Source: Balanoglossus misakiensis | Lineage: Eukaryota > Animalia > Hemichordata | Length of the DNA: 64,000 bases | Direction: 5' to 3' | Assembly (NCBI GenBank): GCA_040954595.2 | Contig: CM082583.2 | Location: forward strand, 3,047,060-3,111,059 | Part shown: positions 50,861 to 64,000 of the stretch, piece after piece | How the letters are laid out: each line of letters opens with the position of its first letter | Position numbering within the stretch: position 1 is the first letter of the stretch | The notes under the pieces: model-generated | What the model saw: only the letters and a program-made list of their open reading frames with translations | What the model was told of the DNA's origin: nothing | The model's database searches: none | Made by a program: the position numbers and the translations under genes

Positions 50861-53800
50861 CTTCTTGTAGAATAGAGTGTGACTCAGCAAATAGAGGATC
50901 AAACAATCTTGGTGAAAGTGGCTTAACTTGATAAATCTTAATTATGGAAGGAGAACTAGATATCAAGTCGACATTTAATATTTTAATTGAATGTAATTGA
51001 AACATAAGCAATTTAACGTAAAGTTTTAGGATGTAATTAAATTGAATTCATGTTAAGTATGGAAATTGCACAGACCCTGATGTTCCTATACATTTAAAAC
51101 ATGAAAAAACAATCGTTCAAAAGCTTGGAGCGTTCGACATTTGTTATCAAATCGATATTTACTATAATTTTCTCAGTGTCGATATTTTCGAGAACTCTCT
51201 GTCAAAAGCAAAACTAAGGGAAAATTTTTCCCTTTGTTTCCATGGTGCTACCGACCTCAAGATGTTTGTCACACGACGCCCTCTACGAACCGAGTGAGTA
51301 CGACTAGGTTCTAAAATGTCGATTCAGCTGCAGAGGCTTTTGTCCAAACAGTCACGTGATCTGTATTGTCAAAAATGGGATCAGCGTGTTGTCCTTGACA
51401 ATTCTAAAAATCACGTCATCTATGCCGCAGTCAACGCAGATTTCATTCGAGAAAATTACATGTGCCGATACAGCAGAGGCATCAGCCAGGGCGCCGTGTG
51501 ACACAACCTAATGATCTTTGGTGCTAACGGGTGACCGACCAACTGTTTAGCTTAAATAATTTTAAAGTTTAAATAATAGTACAATTTGCCCCCCTCCCCC
51601 GAAACAGAGACAAACAAGAAATAATAAACAGGTTAAGTTGGATAAATCTGGATTAGATAAACCCTAGAGACCCGTATTCTAAATTTCAAAGCTTTCTGAT
51701 TTTTTGTTATGAGAAAATGATTTTTTTTAAATTAATGAATCCTCGCAGATGGACTATACATGTATGTCAAGGGCCGCTCCGACTCTTGACCTTTGACCGG
51801 AAGATCTCCATGCAAGCGCATCCCGTCTTGAGATGTTTGCAGAAAATGTGAAAAGACAACTAAAAACTTAAAATTTTGATGTCAACCCCGAAGTAGTATC
51901 ATGAGACATGAACTAAATAAAACTACTTAGAAATGTCAGGTAACTTAATGTTCATGGTATCGTCATTGTGATTCGATGATGTTGATCAAGGGTCTATCCA
52001 GTATTTACATCTTGCCTCAATTCAAACAATGTATTTCGAGTTCTATATCGTTAGCTAGCTAGCTAGCTGCTCACCTACCAGCTAATACCCCTCCCTCACT
52101 CCCTCCCCCTCCCTCACTCTCTTCATCATCAATCCATCCCGGCAGCCAGGTAGCTAGCCAAAGAAACAAGAGAGGTAGAGAAAATCTGGCAGAGATAAAT
52201 AATACTGTAGTGGGCTTTGTTTGGCATGCAGGATGGTGGAAAATAAAGACTATCAAAAATAATTTTGGCTTAATACTAATTTTTGATGACGTTTGATCAC
52301 GCTATATATAAGACGTTCGTAATCTGTAGTAACATTCAACCACAACAGATCAATTCTGCCAATAGGTGACTTCTCCTGGCTCTCTCCTTTTTTACAGAAA
52401 CGTATTCCAACATTTCTCTCTCACAAAACGTCAAAAAAAACGTATTTGAGGTTTAATTATCAGCGAGGGAAAATCCATGAATGTTTAAGAGAGCATCATT
52501 GTACACTGGTTGCACTGCTGTTTGGAAAGCCATGATATGTTGCATTCAGAGCCAAATGAACAGGTCGTGACCCTTGGAATATACTTTATTTTCAAACACG
52601 ACTTTCAGAAGTCGGCATATTATGTATGTTGCCGAGCGCTGCATAGTGCCAGGCGTCGGGCTCTATAGGTGATGATACTTAGCTCGACTTGAATTACCCC
52701 TTTTTAAAGCGTTCAATTTTCTCGCTTTTTTCTGTCTCTGAAAGGCAATGAAAAGCTCACAGGTATATGTGGTTAGATTGCAGATGAATCTCCCATTAAA
52801 GAAAAAGGAGAAAATAATTTTGGGTTTTCCATAGAGTGAAATGAGATAATAGGCGAGTGCAGAAGTAGTTATGTGTTCATACAATGCTCAAAGCATCGGC
52901 TCTGACTCGTACATCTGAAATGCAATCGCGTAATTCGTTGTCGTAAAATAGGCGACCCCGAGAACTCCCTAAGCAGGGGTCTAGATTTCCCCATCTATTT
53001 TGATTCCAGATAATTTGTTTTCTCCAACAAAAAGAGTAAATATGTGGCCAATTACCCGACACGCAGCGGCTCACAAGAATGGCGATTATAGCGATGTCCA
53101 TAATGCTTTGTTAATTTCGCTGTATTAACAGGAAAACTGATTCCTGACATTATATCGCTGCTTGCCGCAGTTGTTAGGCTCAGGATGCGATGGCAAATTA
53201 AAGTCGGAGATTTCGATGAGTAAAAGCGCTTTTCTTGTAGATTTCATATCATGTTTTGCTGAAAAACACACACAACTTGTTTGCATCTCGCTCGCGTTGA
53301 GATGTAATTCAGTTGGGGCTGTATTGTGCCATTGAATGAAAATGGAATACGAGTTCGTTTAGGGTACACACGGCCGGGCTCACATGTGATTTCCAGTTCT
53401 ATCAAACACAATAACAGCTATTGTGCCTGTATCATTATTTACCCATGTAAATCATATTGAGTTCTCTGTAATACGTCTCTATGTACGAGAGCTCGCCACT
53501 TAGCCTGCAGACAGCCACATGATATACGGTCATCGTTTCAAGTCTGCTTCATCTCACTACTTTCCTTTTCTTTGTAATTGCGCCGCACATGCCTAAACGA
53601 AAAATAGTCGAATTGAAAAAAACTACAAAAATGAGGAGATATTCTAAGTGAAAATAGATATTTGTATAGTTGCCGAGTCAGAATGCAGTCGTTATTTCAG
53701 CTAGCTGAGCGAATTTAATGATGATAGGGGCAACGGATATGATTTGAGCGCGGATTTGGAGTAATTGCAACCCCGTATAGAATATCTGCCTCCTATAGAG

Positions 53801-55994
53801 CCCGTCATTAGGTTAATAGCGGCACTCATCTATACCGACATTGTTCAACTTAATAAACAAAATTGTAAACGACCTCTGAGCATATGAAGGCGTAAGTCCG
53901 CATAATTGGAAAATCATATTTCCTCGTCAGTGTAGAATCGCATTTGGAATTGTGCTGAGAGTATGCCTGGATGGTTTGTGAATAATACCAATTTGTGTTT
54001 ACGCTGACTCACTCACTGTATTATCAACAGCAATTACCTATTGTAGCTCTACTTACTGCCAGCCACCCCGGTAAAATAACCCATATTAAGATTTTCTCCA
54101 CAGCGTTTAAGGGAGTGCGTATTTCGCACAAATTTGCACCCATTTCCCCACGGTCTAATAACTATAATTATGAACTGTTTTGCCACATAACGAAACGACT
54201 ACACTTTTCCATTTTACCTTTCACACGGGACTCTATTAGTCTATGGCCGTGGTATTTAGTCTCCCCCATTAAACACTCTTTATTGCGTTTTGATGACTTT
54301 TTGATTGGACCAAAATTAATGTGACTAGTTTGGATAATTTTCACGATAATGAAGACTTCTAACTCGCGGGCACGGGCTATTCGAGAAAGGAAGGGAACAG
54401 AGTCAGCGAATATGTCGGGCATCGTATTCCATGTTACAGCGATCGTTCGATTTCGCTGAAAATAATTTTGGAGTCAAAGCGATAGGCATTGTAAAGGGGA
54501 GCTATGTGTGTGGCTTTTAGCGAGATATCTGTTTTGTAGACCTGGCTTAACCGGTGTTTGGAACGGCTTGTTTACCCCAGATTAGCGTCTTTTCAATATT
54601 TTGTTCTGGTAAATGCCTCTCTGTGTTGGTGCTTAACTATACGTCTTCTGTTGCTGACAAACGAAATTCGGCCTATGCATGCAGACTAGTGTGTACACAA
54701 GTCGTAGCTAATTTCTGAGCGTGACAATACGCCTAACAAATGCGTTTCTAAAGACCTAATCAGTTTACTCTTTGGGTAACTTTATCTTTCCACGCAATTA
54801 GAGATTCGCGACTCGAATCTACCCAGTCGTTTTGACAATGTTCTGCACCTTTATTTCCTCACACTCCGAAGTTTTTTTAACTAGACCTGTTTAAGGTGCG
54901 TGTCTGCTCTTCTATATTTACCACAGTTAATGCATTATCTATTCAAATGGCGACAATTCAAACGAGCCCAGTGCTTCCCCTCGCTTTTACAAGTCTTCAA
55001 TACACGATGGCTCATTAGTCAGCCATAGCTAGCGGCCAAGAAATCGACTGCAGCGACATGAATTTTCTACTTATGAGCGAGCCTATTTTGGCTCGGCAGC
55101 CTGCTATCATGCAGTGACCCTTTCATGTTATTTCACTCGTTTATTTGCAATCGAAAGGCTTTTGTGCTTCCTGTAGAAGACGCTCTATGGAAGTTATCAA
55201 AGTTTCCATTACAAGGGTGATCGTGATGTTTCGTGTTTTGGAGAGACCCCTCCGAGAGCTCCCTCCGAGAGCAAGGGTTTTATCTGACACAGGCATGGAT
55301 ACAATGAAGAGCAGAGAAAAGCACGAAGACAGTCACCAAGAAGAGGACGATCACACTTCCATGAAAAACATTTTAAAAATGTATGATAACATTCTTATTG
55401 ACGTTTAGTTTAAAGTTCAAATATTTTGTCTCATGTAAACGCACTGTTTATGTGTCGGCGGAGAAATTCTATTGTGTGGATTGAGGGCATCGTACAAAGT
55501 GGGCTACAAGTTTGTAGGATCCTCAATTTCTTGGGTTTTAAAATTCAGCTCCACCGACAGAATACACGGACAGAATGACCTGTAAATGCCAGTTATAAAA
55601 GTATCCTAGAGGCGGAAAATTCCGACTACACTTACACGGCAAGTACGCGTTGTTAATCTTAAGTGTCGTTTTACTGACTTTAGATCCCGTAGAACAGGGT
55701 TGCTCAAATAATTCCTCGGCCATGACTTCTTTCAAAAATCTCTCAAAAATCTTAACGGATTGATTAACGAAGTGTGTATTCTCCGAATATAATTGAATGT
55801 CAACAGTCAAATATTATTAAAATATAAAATGCGTCCTACATGTTGACCCACCGGAAAATGCGCATGCTCTGTCATTTTCATTACTGCCTGTGTGGAATGG
55901 TCAGCTGCAATTAATGATTCCCACAGGTTGCGTCAGTATGCTCAATATAAATCCATGCTTGAACCCGAATTAGACTTGTCATGTATTAAAATTA

Positions 55995-56450
55995 CAAAAT
56001 TTAAATTTGACCTGGCACGTCTTCGCTGCTGAAGCCATTCGTTAGCCGTTGAAAAAAAGACGACACTGTACGCCCTCTATTCCCTTGTATCAGAGAATAT
56101 GTCCCTATTGTGAAAAACAAGGTATAACAATTGTTGAGGACGAGTGTCATTTTTTTACTCTTTTGTCCATTGTATGAGGAGGAGAGGTCAGAGGTTATTC
56201 CTCTAAAATACCGTATTAACCCTACACGGGAAAAATGTTTTGCTCTGTTAACTTCCAAAGCTCAGCAACATCAATATACACTTGCAGTTTTCTTTCATAA
56301 GTCTTTTAAGAAGCCGAATTGCCTTGAACAGCAGAATTGATATGCTGGCTTGTATTTGAATTTCCATGTAGTTATTCTCTCTGTAAACATATTTTCTTGA
56401 TGTGATGGGCTGAGGCCCTGACAGTCGAAAAAAAATGATTGTTATTATTA
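55995..56450 (+). mobile_element. 3'-end fragment of a non-LTR retrotransposon (C-terminal CCHC zinc-finger region)
   Basis: Broken reading frames give LARLRC*SHSLAVEK, RICPYC, VEDECHF and LFCPLYEEER, typical of the LINE ORF2 C-terminus. Ends in an A-run and (TTA)n tail. Clade not assignable by eye. Confidence 0.8.
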
Positions 56451-57805
56451 CTGCCTGTGTGATTAAAACATTTTGTTTATGTCTTGTCCATTGTTTGGTT
56501 TAAATGATATAGTCTACTTTAATCTGTATGAAAAAAGACAGGTAAATCTACAAAATGTAGAAATCTCTACATCCGGCAGCTTCGCCCCGGCCATTGAACG
56601 GCGCCTGGATACAAGAGCTCAACCTGTATCACCAGCAGATATATTGTGAAGTCAGTGTTGTCAACATATGAATCTTGACTGAGGGTTACTCCAAGCACAA
56701 CTTGTCGTCTGCTAATGATATACAACAGCCAAAACAGCAAACCATCATATTTAAATGTTATTCAGTTTCTTATAGCAACTGGCGATGCAAAGTTCCCTAG
56801 GCAACGACGCACACACTGGCTTAGGCAATCTTTGATGTTATCGCCAGAAAGATTTGCATTGCTTGGTGGCATAAACGACATTATAAATAAAGAAAACTAT
56901 TTATTTAGTTGCTTTTATGTTTTCGTGTTTCTACATTCCTTCTGCAAAGTATATGTGGCATGGGCTAATTTTATTTTACAAACAAGCAATTACTCCAGAG
57001 ACCTACTCTTTGTCTTAATGGCTTACCTTGGTAATCATCAAGTTTAGGTTAAGGAGCACAAATATACTTCCTCGGATTTTTTGGCAAAGTAGCAGCCAAT
57101 TCCAAGTTATTCGACTAAGATACCAAACGTGACCACTGTTTTGTTTAGTCGTATTCGTTTGGTAATGTAATGGGTCAACGTTCCACCATTCACTTGCACA
57201 AGGACATCGCTGGCAAAACTAAGAAAATCAGAATACCCAGAAGCATCAAAGGCAACATATTTTCCGGAGTTTCACAAGATTGTAATCATTTTCCTATTCA
57301 GCCAGCATGTCTCATTTATTATATGACGTCAATGTCAAACGACTTCGCGAATGTACGATTACAATCCTGGATTCATTCATTTTCTCAAGGATATTGTAAT
57401 TATACATTTTCTATTTCTATATTTATGTTGCAGGTTTACGCGGAAATAACAGCAGAATATGGTTCAGAAGATGTTTTGTCAGTTTTTCCCGCCGGCTATT
57501 GTTGCTAGATCTCAAAGAGGAAGGTCAGCTATAAGAGACACAAATACAAAGGGGAGATATATTGCGCACGATGTTGGCGCCAAACTGTAGTTTTGACCGC
57601 CTGCCATGCAACGACGTTGTTAGCGCACGTGTTATTCTATTGTTTGCATTATTACATGAATGAAAGTTAGAATACTCGATTTTATCTCACAACACTGTTT
57701 CTATTTTATAAACCATCAAACACCATGACCGCTTTCATTTTGAACAAAAGACTTGCAAGGCAAAATATACATGGCATTTCAAACTAGAGACAACCTTAGA
57801 ATGGA

Positions 57806-58043
<238 letters not shown>

Positions 58044-59541
58044 TAATGAATGTGTGATATGTATTTGCATGTATGTGAATGTGCGTGTGTGACACAACAA
58101 AAATCATAATAATATGTATTCTCTACCCTCATGTTTTACCATTCAACATTTACCGTATTTGTTGTGTACCCGAAACTCGCATGAATTGAAGATATTATAA
58201 TTTTGGAGGGCGTGCGATGCGTAATTTGGAAAGTGTGGGTAATTAATAATTGTGTGGCGCTATACGGATGAAAGAAATGAATTTGATGAGGCTGAGGGGT
58301 TATGGGAAAGGGCAGCCGTGCGATGCAGTCTTTGAAACGCTCCACCATTGACTGTGCAATTCTGTCGAATTGACACACGAGACGTCCAATTTCTAGTCGA
58401 ATTCCACGTCGGACTCAGCTGGTTTATTATTTCTAAGGTTGTCATTAGAACACTCGCAACTAGGTATTACCTCCCGTTAAGTATATGTCGCACACCTAAT
58501 ATATAGCCCTACAGATGAGTCAGTATTGGGGCGTGCTTTTGTTTCAATTTACAAAAAGCGAAACCAATAAAATTTTGGAACAATATGGAGACGGATCAAG
58601 GAAATAATACATTAATGCTGAGATATGACAATATGTAATAGTTTAACCCGATCTGTGGTCAACTACTTTGCAAATGACTAGACTAATCCAATAGAATTAT
58701 ACTGGTACCAATGAGAACTCATAATTGTCGACGATAATACTAAGCATTTCAATTAATATAGACTATTATGCTAGCCGATTCAACCTATAAGGATATTAAC
58801 GCGCTTTGTTCATTATATTTCCCATTTAAGGTTTGATAAGTCTGGGTGATGATAACGTGTTCAATGTCTTAGGAAGGAAATAGTCAGATTTATATATTTA
58901 TCTATAATACACACACTTCTCATGTTGAATCAGACGAGTAACATGGAAAATGGTTGCGATTACGCGATTCGAAAACACACGACGAATTGTTTGACACAGT
59001 TATCACAGGTACGTGAATAAACAATTCACTGATAATGATAAAAAAAACGGGAAAAGACCATATAGAGAATGAAACGCTCAATCTTGAAAGATCCAGAAGA
59101 TTTGCAAATACCTTTTTCGAAATTTGTGTGAAATTACCTTTAAAATGATACGCGCCCCGTGAGTGATACATATGTGAATGAGCATGTATTGTTTTCACAG
59201 AGCATCCGTTGCCACGTGACTTGAAACTCGTTGCAATCCTGACCGAAAGTTGTGTTCAGAGAAAAGAATCCATACCAATCATCTAACTGCTAATTGTAAA
59301 ATAACGTTAATTAACCTTAAGGTGTCCGACGTCATTAATACACAATAATTCAAATTTGTGAGTTGTGAGTTTGTTGCACGTAATTATGAAAAAATATCTT
59401 CGTGACAGTTTTATGTAAAGGGAAATAAATCGACAACAAGAAAAGCAGAAACTGGAATTTTACAAAATGTAATAAAGTTGACCAAGTGGAAACACTTATC
59501 CGATCTTTGGAAGAGGATATCCGATTTTTTCTTGGGGTAGT

Positions 59542-59656
59542 GATTCATTCATTCATTCATTCATTCATTCATTCATTCATTCATTCATTCATTCATTCAT
59601 TCATTCATTCATTCATTCATTCATTCATTCATTCATTCATTCATTCATTCATTCAT
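59542..59656. repeat. (ATTC)n microsatellite
   Basis: Directly visible. Confidence 0.98.
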
Positions 59657-61021
59657 CGTTTGTCTATCAAGTTCCTTTATCTTTACCCCATTAATATACA
59701 CTAAAGTAAGAACACTCCAATGAAAGTTTGATTGTTGGGGTTTTCGATTTTAACACATAGTTTTTTGAATTTCATAGTACATGTACCATGATGCAGTAAT
59801 TTCAAATTTCAAAAATATGTCACTGATAACAAAAATTTAATTTGGAAAATTGCAGATTATTAAATAGAGACTGCAGTCGATTCCAGATGAGAACATTATC
59901 TGCATCAAGTTTTCACAACATTTCACGCGGTAAGAGATCATTGTAATAATTTGGCCAACCATTTACAATCTCGCGAATACTGGCATCTGTTTTATATCCG
60001 GCCGCTAAAAATACTGCACACATCACAAGTACGGATTATTAAGTTACCCATAGACCATACATAATACTTAAAGATACTTAAACATTAAGGGGTTATCAGT
60101 AATAATATAGTCGAAATTTTCCTGAACTTTCAAGGTCGCTTATAGCTGTGGACACGTAGCATTGATGAAGCGTAGTATTATGGGATGTGTAAGGTCATAG
60201 AGCGGTCACCTTTTGATAAATTTCAGATAGGGACATTTTATGTAGTTGAAGGTTTACGGTCACATATGCAAATTTAACCCTTGTTACCATGGAAAATACA
60301 AATATAGCCAATCACAGATTTTCAGTGGGTGGCCACGCGAAAAACGTACACCACCCCACGATCATTCAAAAGTGTCATTTCGACCAAATATAGGCATATG
60401 TAAATTAGAGTTGTAAACAAATATCATTGGATAAGGAAACTAGGATTACTATAATTGTCATAATACGTGAGTATGAGGGGTGTCACGTGTTTTGCGAGCT
60501 GGTTTCACACGACAGAAGGGGAGCCATAGTGCGACTTGAATTTTATTAAGAGTTATGATGTAAATTTTGAAATATCTAAGTCTGATCTCATATTTCAGAA
60601 GTTTGTAGACTTTCTTGTCGTGTTAAAATCGTTCTGCCAAAATTTAGCACATCGCTGTGAACGAGTCCCATAGTCACCGAGTGATCGCCATAGCCTATGC
60701 ACTTGTCATATATCTGTGTGTTCATCTTTTAATACAACGGTCGACAATCAGGAATAATGCGAAAATAACTGATCGCCTGGCTGCCTTGGCTTTTACAAGT
60801 ACAGTGATGTTCTGATTTTCATTCGGTGAAAATTTAAAAGTTCGTCGTCACGAGACTAGAATTTCGTAGCCAGGTGCCTGCGCATGCGAAATGCATTTGT
60901 CTTCAGTGTAAACGTTAATTTATGCAACTTACACACGTGTTTAAATTATTTGCAACCCGATTGGAGTGAAATTTTCTTTGTAAATCCAACCTATTACTAT
61001 CCCGATAGTAGTTGCGGTACC

Positions 61022-61086
61022 AGTAGTAGTAGTAGTTGTGTTGTTGTTGTTGTTGCTGCTGCTGCTACTGCTGTTGTTTTTGCTGT
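61022..61086. repeat. (AGT)/(GTT)/(GCT) short compound trinucleotide repeat
   Basis: Directly visible. Confidence 0.8.
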
Positions 61087-63308
61087 AATGGAAGTCAACG
61101 AACAGATTAAAAACTGCATTGAATTTGACAGAAGATGTATATGGTTGAAACCTGCCATATTCGCGCGCAGCTTCAGAATTATTGGCATATCGTGTCATCT
61201 CTTCAACAACGGTAAATATCGAATACATGCGAAATGGAACAGGTCATGGGGTCATAGAGTTGGAACAAAGACTACGTAATGATTGACTCTGTGAATGGTT
61301 GCATGCATGATGAGTCAATTTTAGTCGTTGGCTCCTTCACAAATGCGTCTCGAAATACAATCAAGGGGCTGACTGTGGGTAGAGACCTGATATGCCACGC
61401 AAGTCTCTGGTAATCTATAAATAATCGGACTGCTTGTGAAATTGGATATGACGAACTATTACTAGCATTGTCTTTTCATTATGCAAGTTCTATTGCATGA
61501 ACACTGTCGCCAATCACACATGAAATGAGGTTGCACAGACATCAAGCTTCTGTGGAAAGCGTTATCATTGCAGCGTTTCATTGTGTATGTTGAAGTTTGC
61601 TGTCTGCAAGGTATTAGAATCAAAGAAAAAGTAAAACACGGGGTTATACCCCTAATATTGCCACTCCACTGAGAGACAGTAGATGATGCGGGATTTCACT
61701 GTTTTGAACAGGAACCTAATTTGACATACACCCCTTATCAGAATACCTTGAACATTGACAGTTTCACAAAATACGCTTCTATCGTCTGCACAAGGATATC
61801 GAGCGCGAACGCGACCATCACTGGCGACTGCTTTAAGAATTGTGATGCACACACATGACGTAGCAGAGAGAAATAGCCGATTTTCGTTCCATTTGCCAAT
61901 TATTAGCCTCTTGTTTCCCCCAAAGGACTTTCTGGTCTGGCATAGAACAAGTTTCTCATCACAATAAGTATGGCAGCGTAGCCACACTCCAGACTGCCGC
62001 ATAGCAGCATAGTGGTTTTCACGTATTCTGTGAAAGGGACTGATCAGATTAGAATCAGTTTCAGGTTTGCACTCTCATTTGCTTGTGAGAGTTCATGCTG
62101 CGTAATGATATATTTATGATATGACGATGTACGAAAAGTTCATGTTTCTATCAACGTCGACGTTTCGCTATCAGCTACATGTCATTTTTATGCGACTCTT
62201 AAAAAGACAGTGCAAATGAAAACTGCATAGCCCAGAATTGTCGTGCCTGATCCGGAAAGCAATATAAATGCATTGTGGTAAACGAAAAAAGTCCAGACAA
62301 CTATGTCAACGGCTAACAGCAACAGCTGAAATGTTAACGAGGACTGTTACTTTCTTATAGACTTGAGAGTTCGAGAATACTACTTACTCCAATCATTATA
62401 AATATTATTCTCAGGAGAGTATAGTATTATTGATACATAACTTTAACAATTTTATTCAAAGTCAATATTCGTGCAGGTGTCACTCCATATTCGCTATCGT
62501 CTTCAATATGCACTGACTAAATAAATAGGAAATACTGAATTAGGGTTTAGGGTATTTATTTCAAATGTGCAAAATGCACAGTCTATATAAATTTAATGAC
62601 GCCAGGTAATACCGCAAAATTACACCAACAATACAATGTACTTTTATTTTTCATCAATATCCCGTCAAAACGGTGTCCGTTTAACCCTATCCCTATGAAA
62701 AATGTCAAAATCTGTTCACTGAGAAAAACACATGTCAATATACGCTTTGAAATTATTAAATGGAATAGTTAGGTTAATATATCTCATTAGTGAATAATTG
62801 CAATGGAGTAGTACAACATTGTGGCATTTTAAAATTCAAGCAATAATTTGCCCTCTTTTTCATTTCGATTTCATATAGCTGTTTACTGTCATTACCACAT
62901 TTCATTCAAAGAGTTCACACGTTTTACAGTACAAAACCAAATTCTCATGACTGGGCTTTTCATAACAATCTATCTGTCTTTGTAAATGGTTTAGAATGAA
63001 AATACGATACAAGTAAGTGAAAAGGGACTGTATAATGTGCCAACTCCACAAGACGCTGCAAGATCAAGAGTGGCTATAGGCACTTTGTATGGGAGGATAT
63101 ACTCTTCTCACAAAGAACAAACATCACATGGTATATTATCATTATGTTAAGCGGCACAAGAATTGCAATTTGTGTTAAACTCCGCATCCCGCCTACATTC
63201 ATTACAAAGACTTGTATTACTTAGCTAGTAACTCGTTGCTACGGTAATAAACCAAGTCTCGCGATATTTTGCAATGAGTGGAAAATCATATATTCCAAAA
63301 TAAGCTTA

Positions 63309-63616
63309 GGCCAAAATAAAAAAAAATGTGCTGTTCCAATTACCCAACCTACCCTAATTTTAACCCGCCTACCCTAAACTTTTTAGAGCTTCGTAAACCC
63401 GGAAAGGAAAAATAACGATGCCAAATATACAAAATGTATGAAAATTGCACGAATCACGCGAGAACGATGACGAAATCGTGAGAACTATGACGTCATTCTT
63501 CTACACACTGGCGGCCAGAGAAATAAAAAAAATTGAAAAATAAAAAATCCCTACCTACCTACCCTATTTTTGAAAACCATGTAATCGGAACAGTACATAT
63601 TATTATTTTTTTGGCC
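63309..63616. mobile_element. PIF/Harbinger (Tourist-like) MITE, family 2 copy 2
   Basis: Same TIR as 39526-39783. TTA duplication at 63306-63308 and 63617-63619. Same orientation, about 50 bp longer internally. Confidence 0.92.
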
Positions 63617-64000
63617 TTACGCTGTAAGGTAATATCAAGCGCCGTACTGATACGTACATTGCAGTCCAGAACTGTAATTAACGAGACATATTTTATGTTC
63701 TTTATAGGCAGAATATTTGCGTCTCTAACATCAGAGTTTCCGCACAGTATGTAGCGCCCTCATGAAAATTGTTTTAGTTCTCCAAACATTGTACACAGTG
63801 ATTGCAAACTACAAGTGCAAACTTTGAAAAGTGTCAATGGGCATAGAACAACTCGTAAAAGTATCTCAGCTTTCATGAAATCTCCAAAAAGCGTGGATTG
63901 CGAGTGCATTGTGGGCTCCCTGAATAGCATTTTTTCTCAACATTGAAGACAACGATCTCCTTGGTCATAGCCACAATTTTATACCTTGACAGCACTATTT

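Overview
Eukaryotic (metazoan) genomic DNA: AT-rich, with GT-AG introns and microsatellites. The FoxQ2 content and repeat style suggest a marine invertebrate deuterostome, possibly a hemichordate (inference only). The left part carries the last eight coding exons of a ubiquitin-conjugating enzyme E2 Q gene (UBE2Q, + strand, 1020-8389) with a probably long 3' UTR. Two intronless forkhead genes of the FoxQ2 class lie on the minus strand about 28 kb apart (15696-16583 and 44463-45725) in long gene-free, probably regulatory DNA. Mobile DNA includes a three-tier nest of DNA-transposon derivatives in a UBE2Q intron, a TTAA-flanked palindromic MITE, two PIF/Harbinger (Tourist-like) MITE families with two copies each, and two decayed LINE fragments. 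The most notable observations are: (i) two deeply divergent FoxQ2 paralogs in tandem sharing a post-forkhead eh1-like motif and a C-terminal WQET[LF]SR[LI] motif; (ii) three identical, co-oriented CTCF-like 11-mers about 25-26 kb apart, each interval holding one FoxQ2 gene; (iii) the transposon nest with remnants of both Harbinger genes; (iv) a visible CpG-depleted to CpG-retaining transition. No prokaryotic-type system (CRISPR, operon) and no rRNA or tRNA were seen. Nearly all other listed ORFs look spurious.
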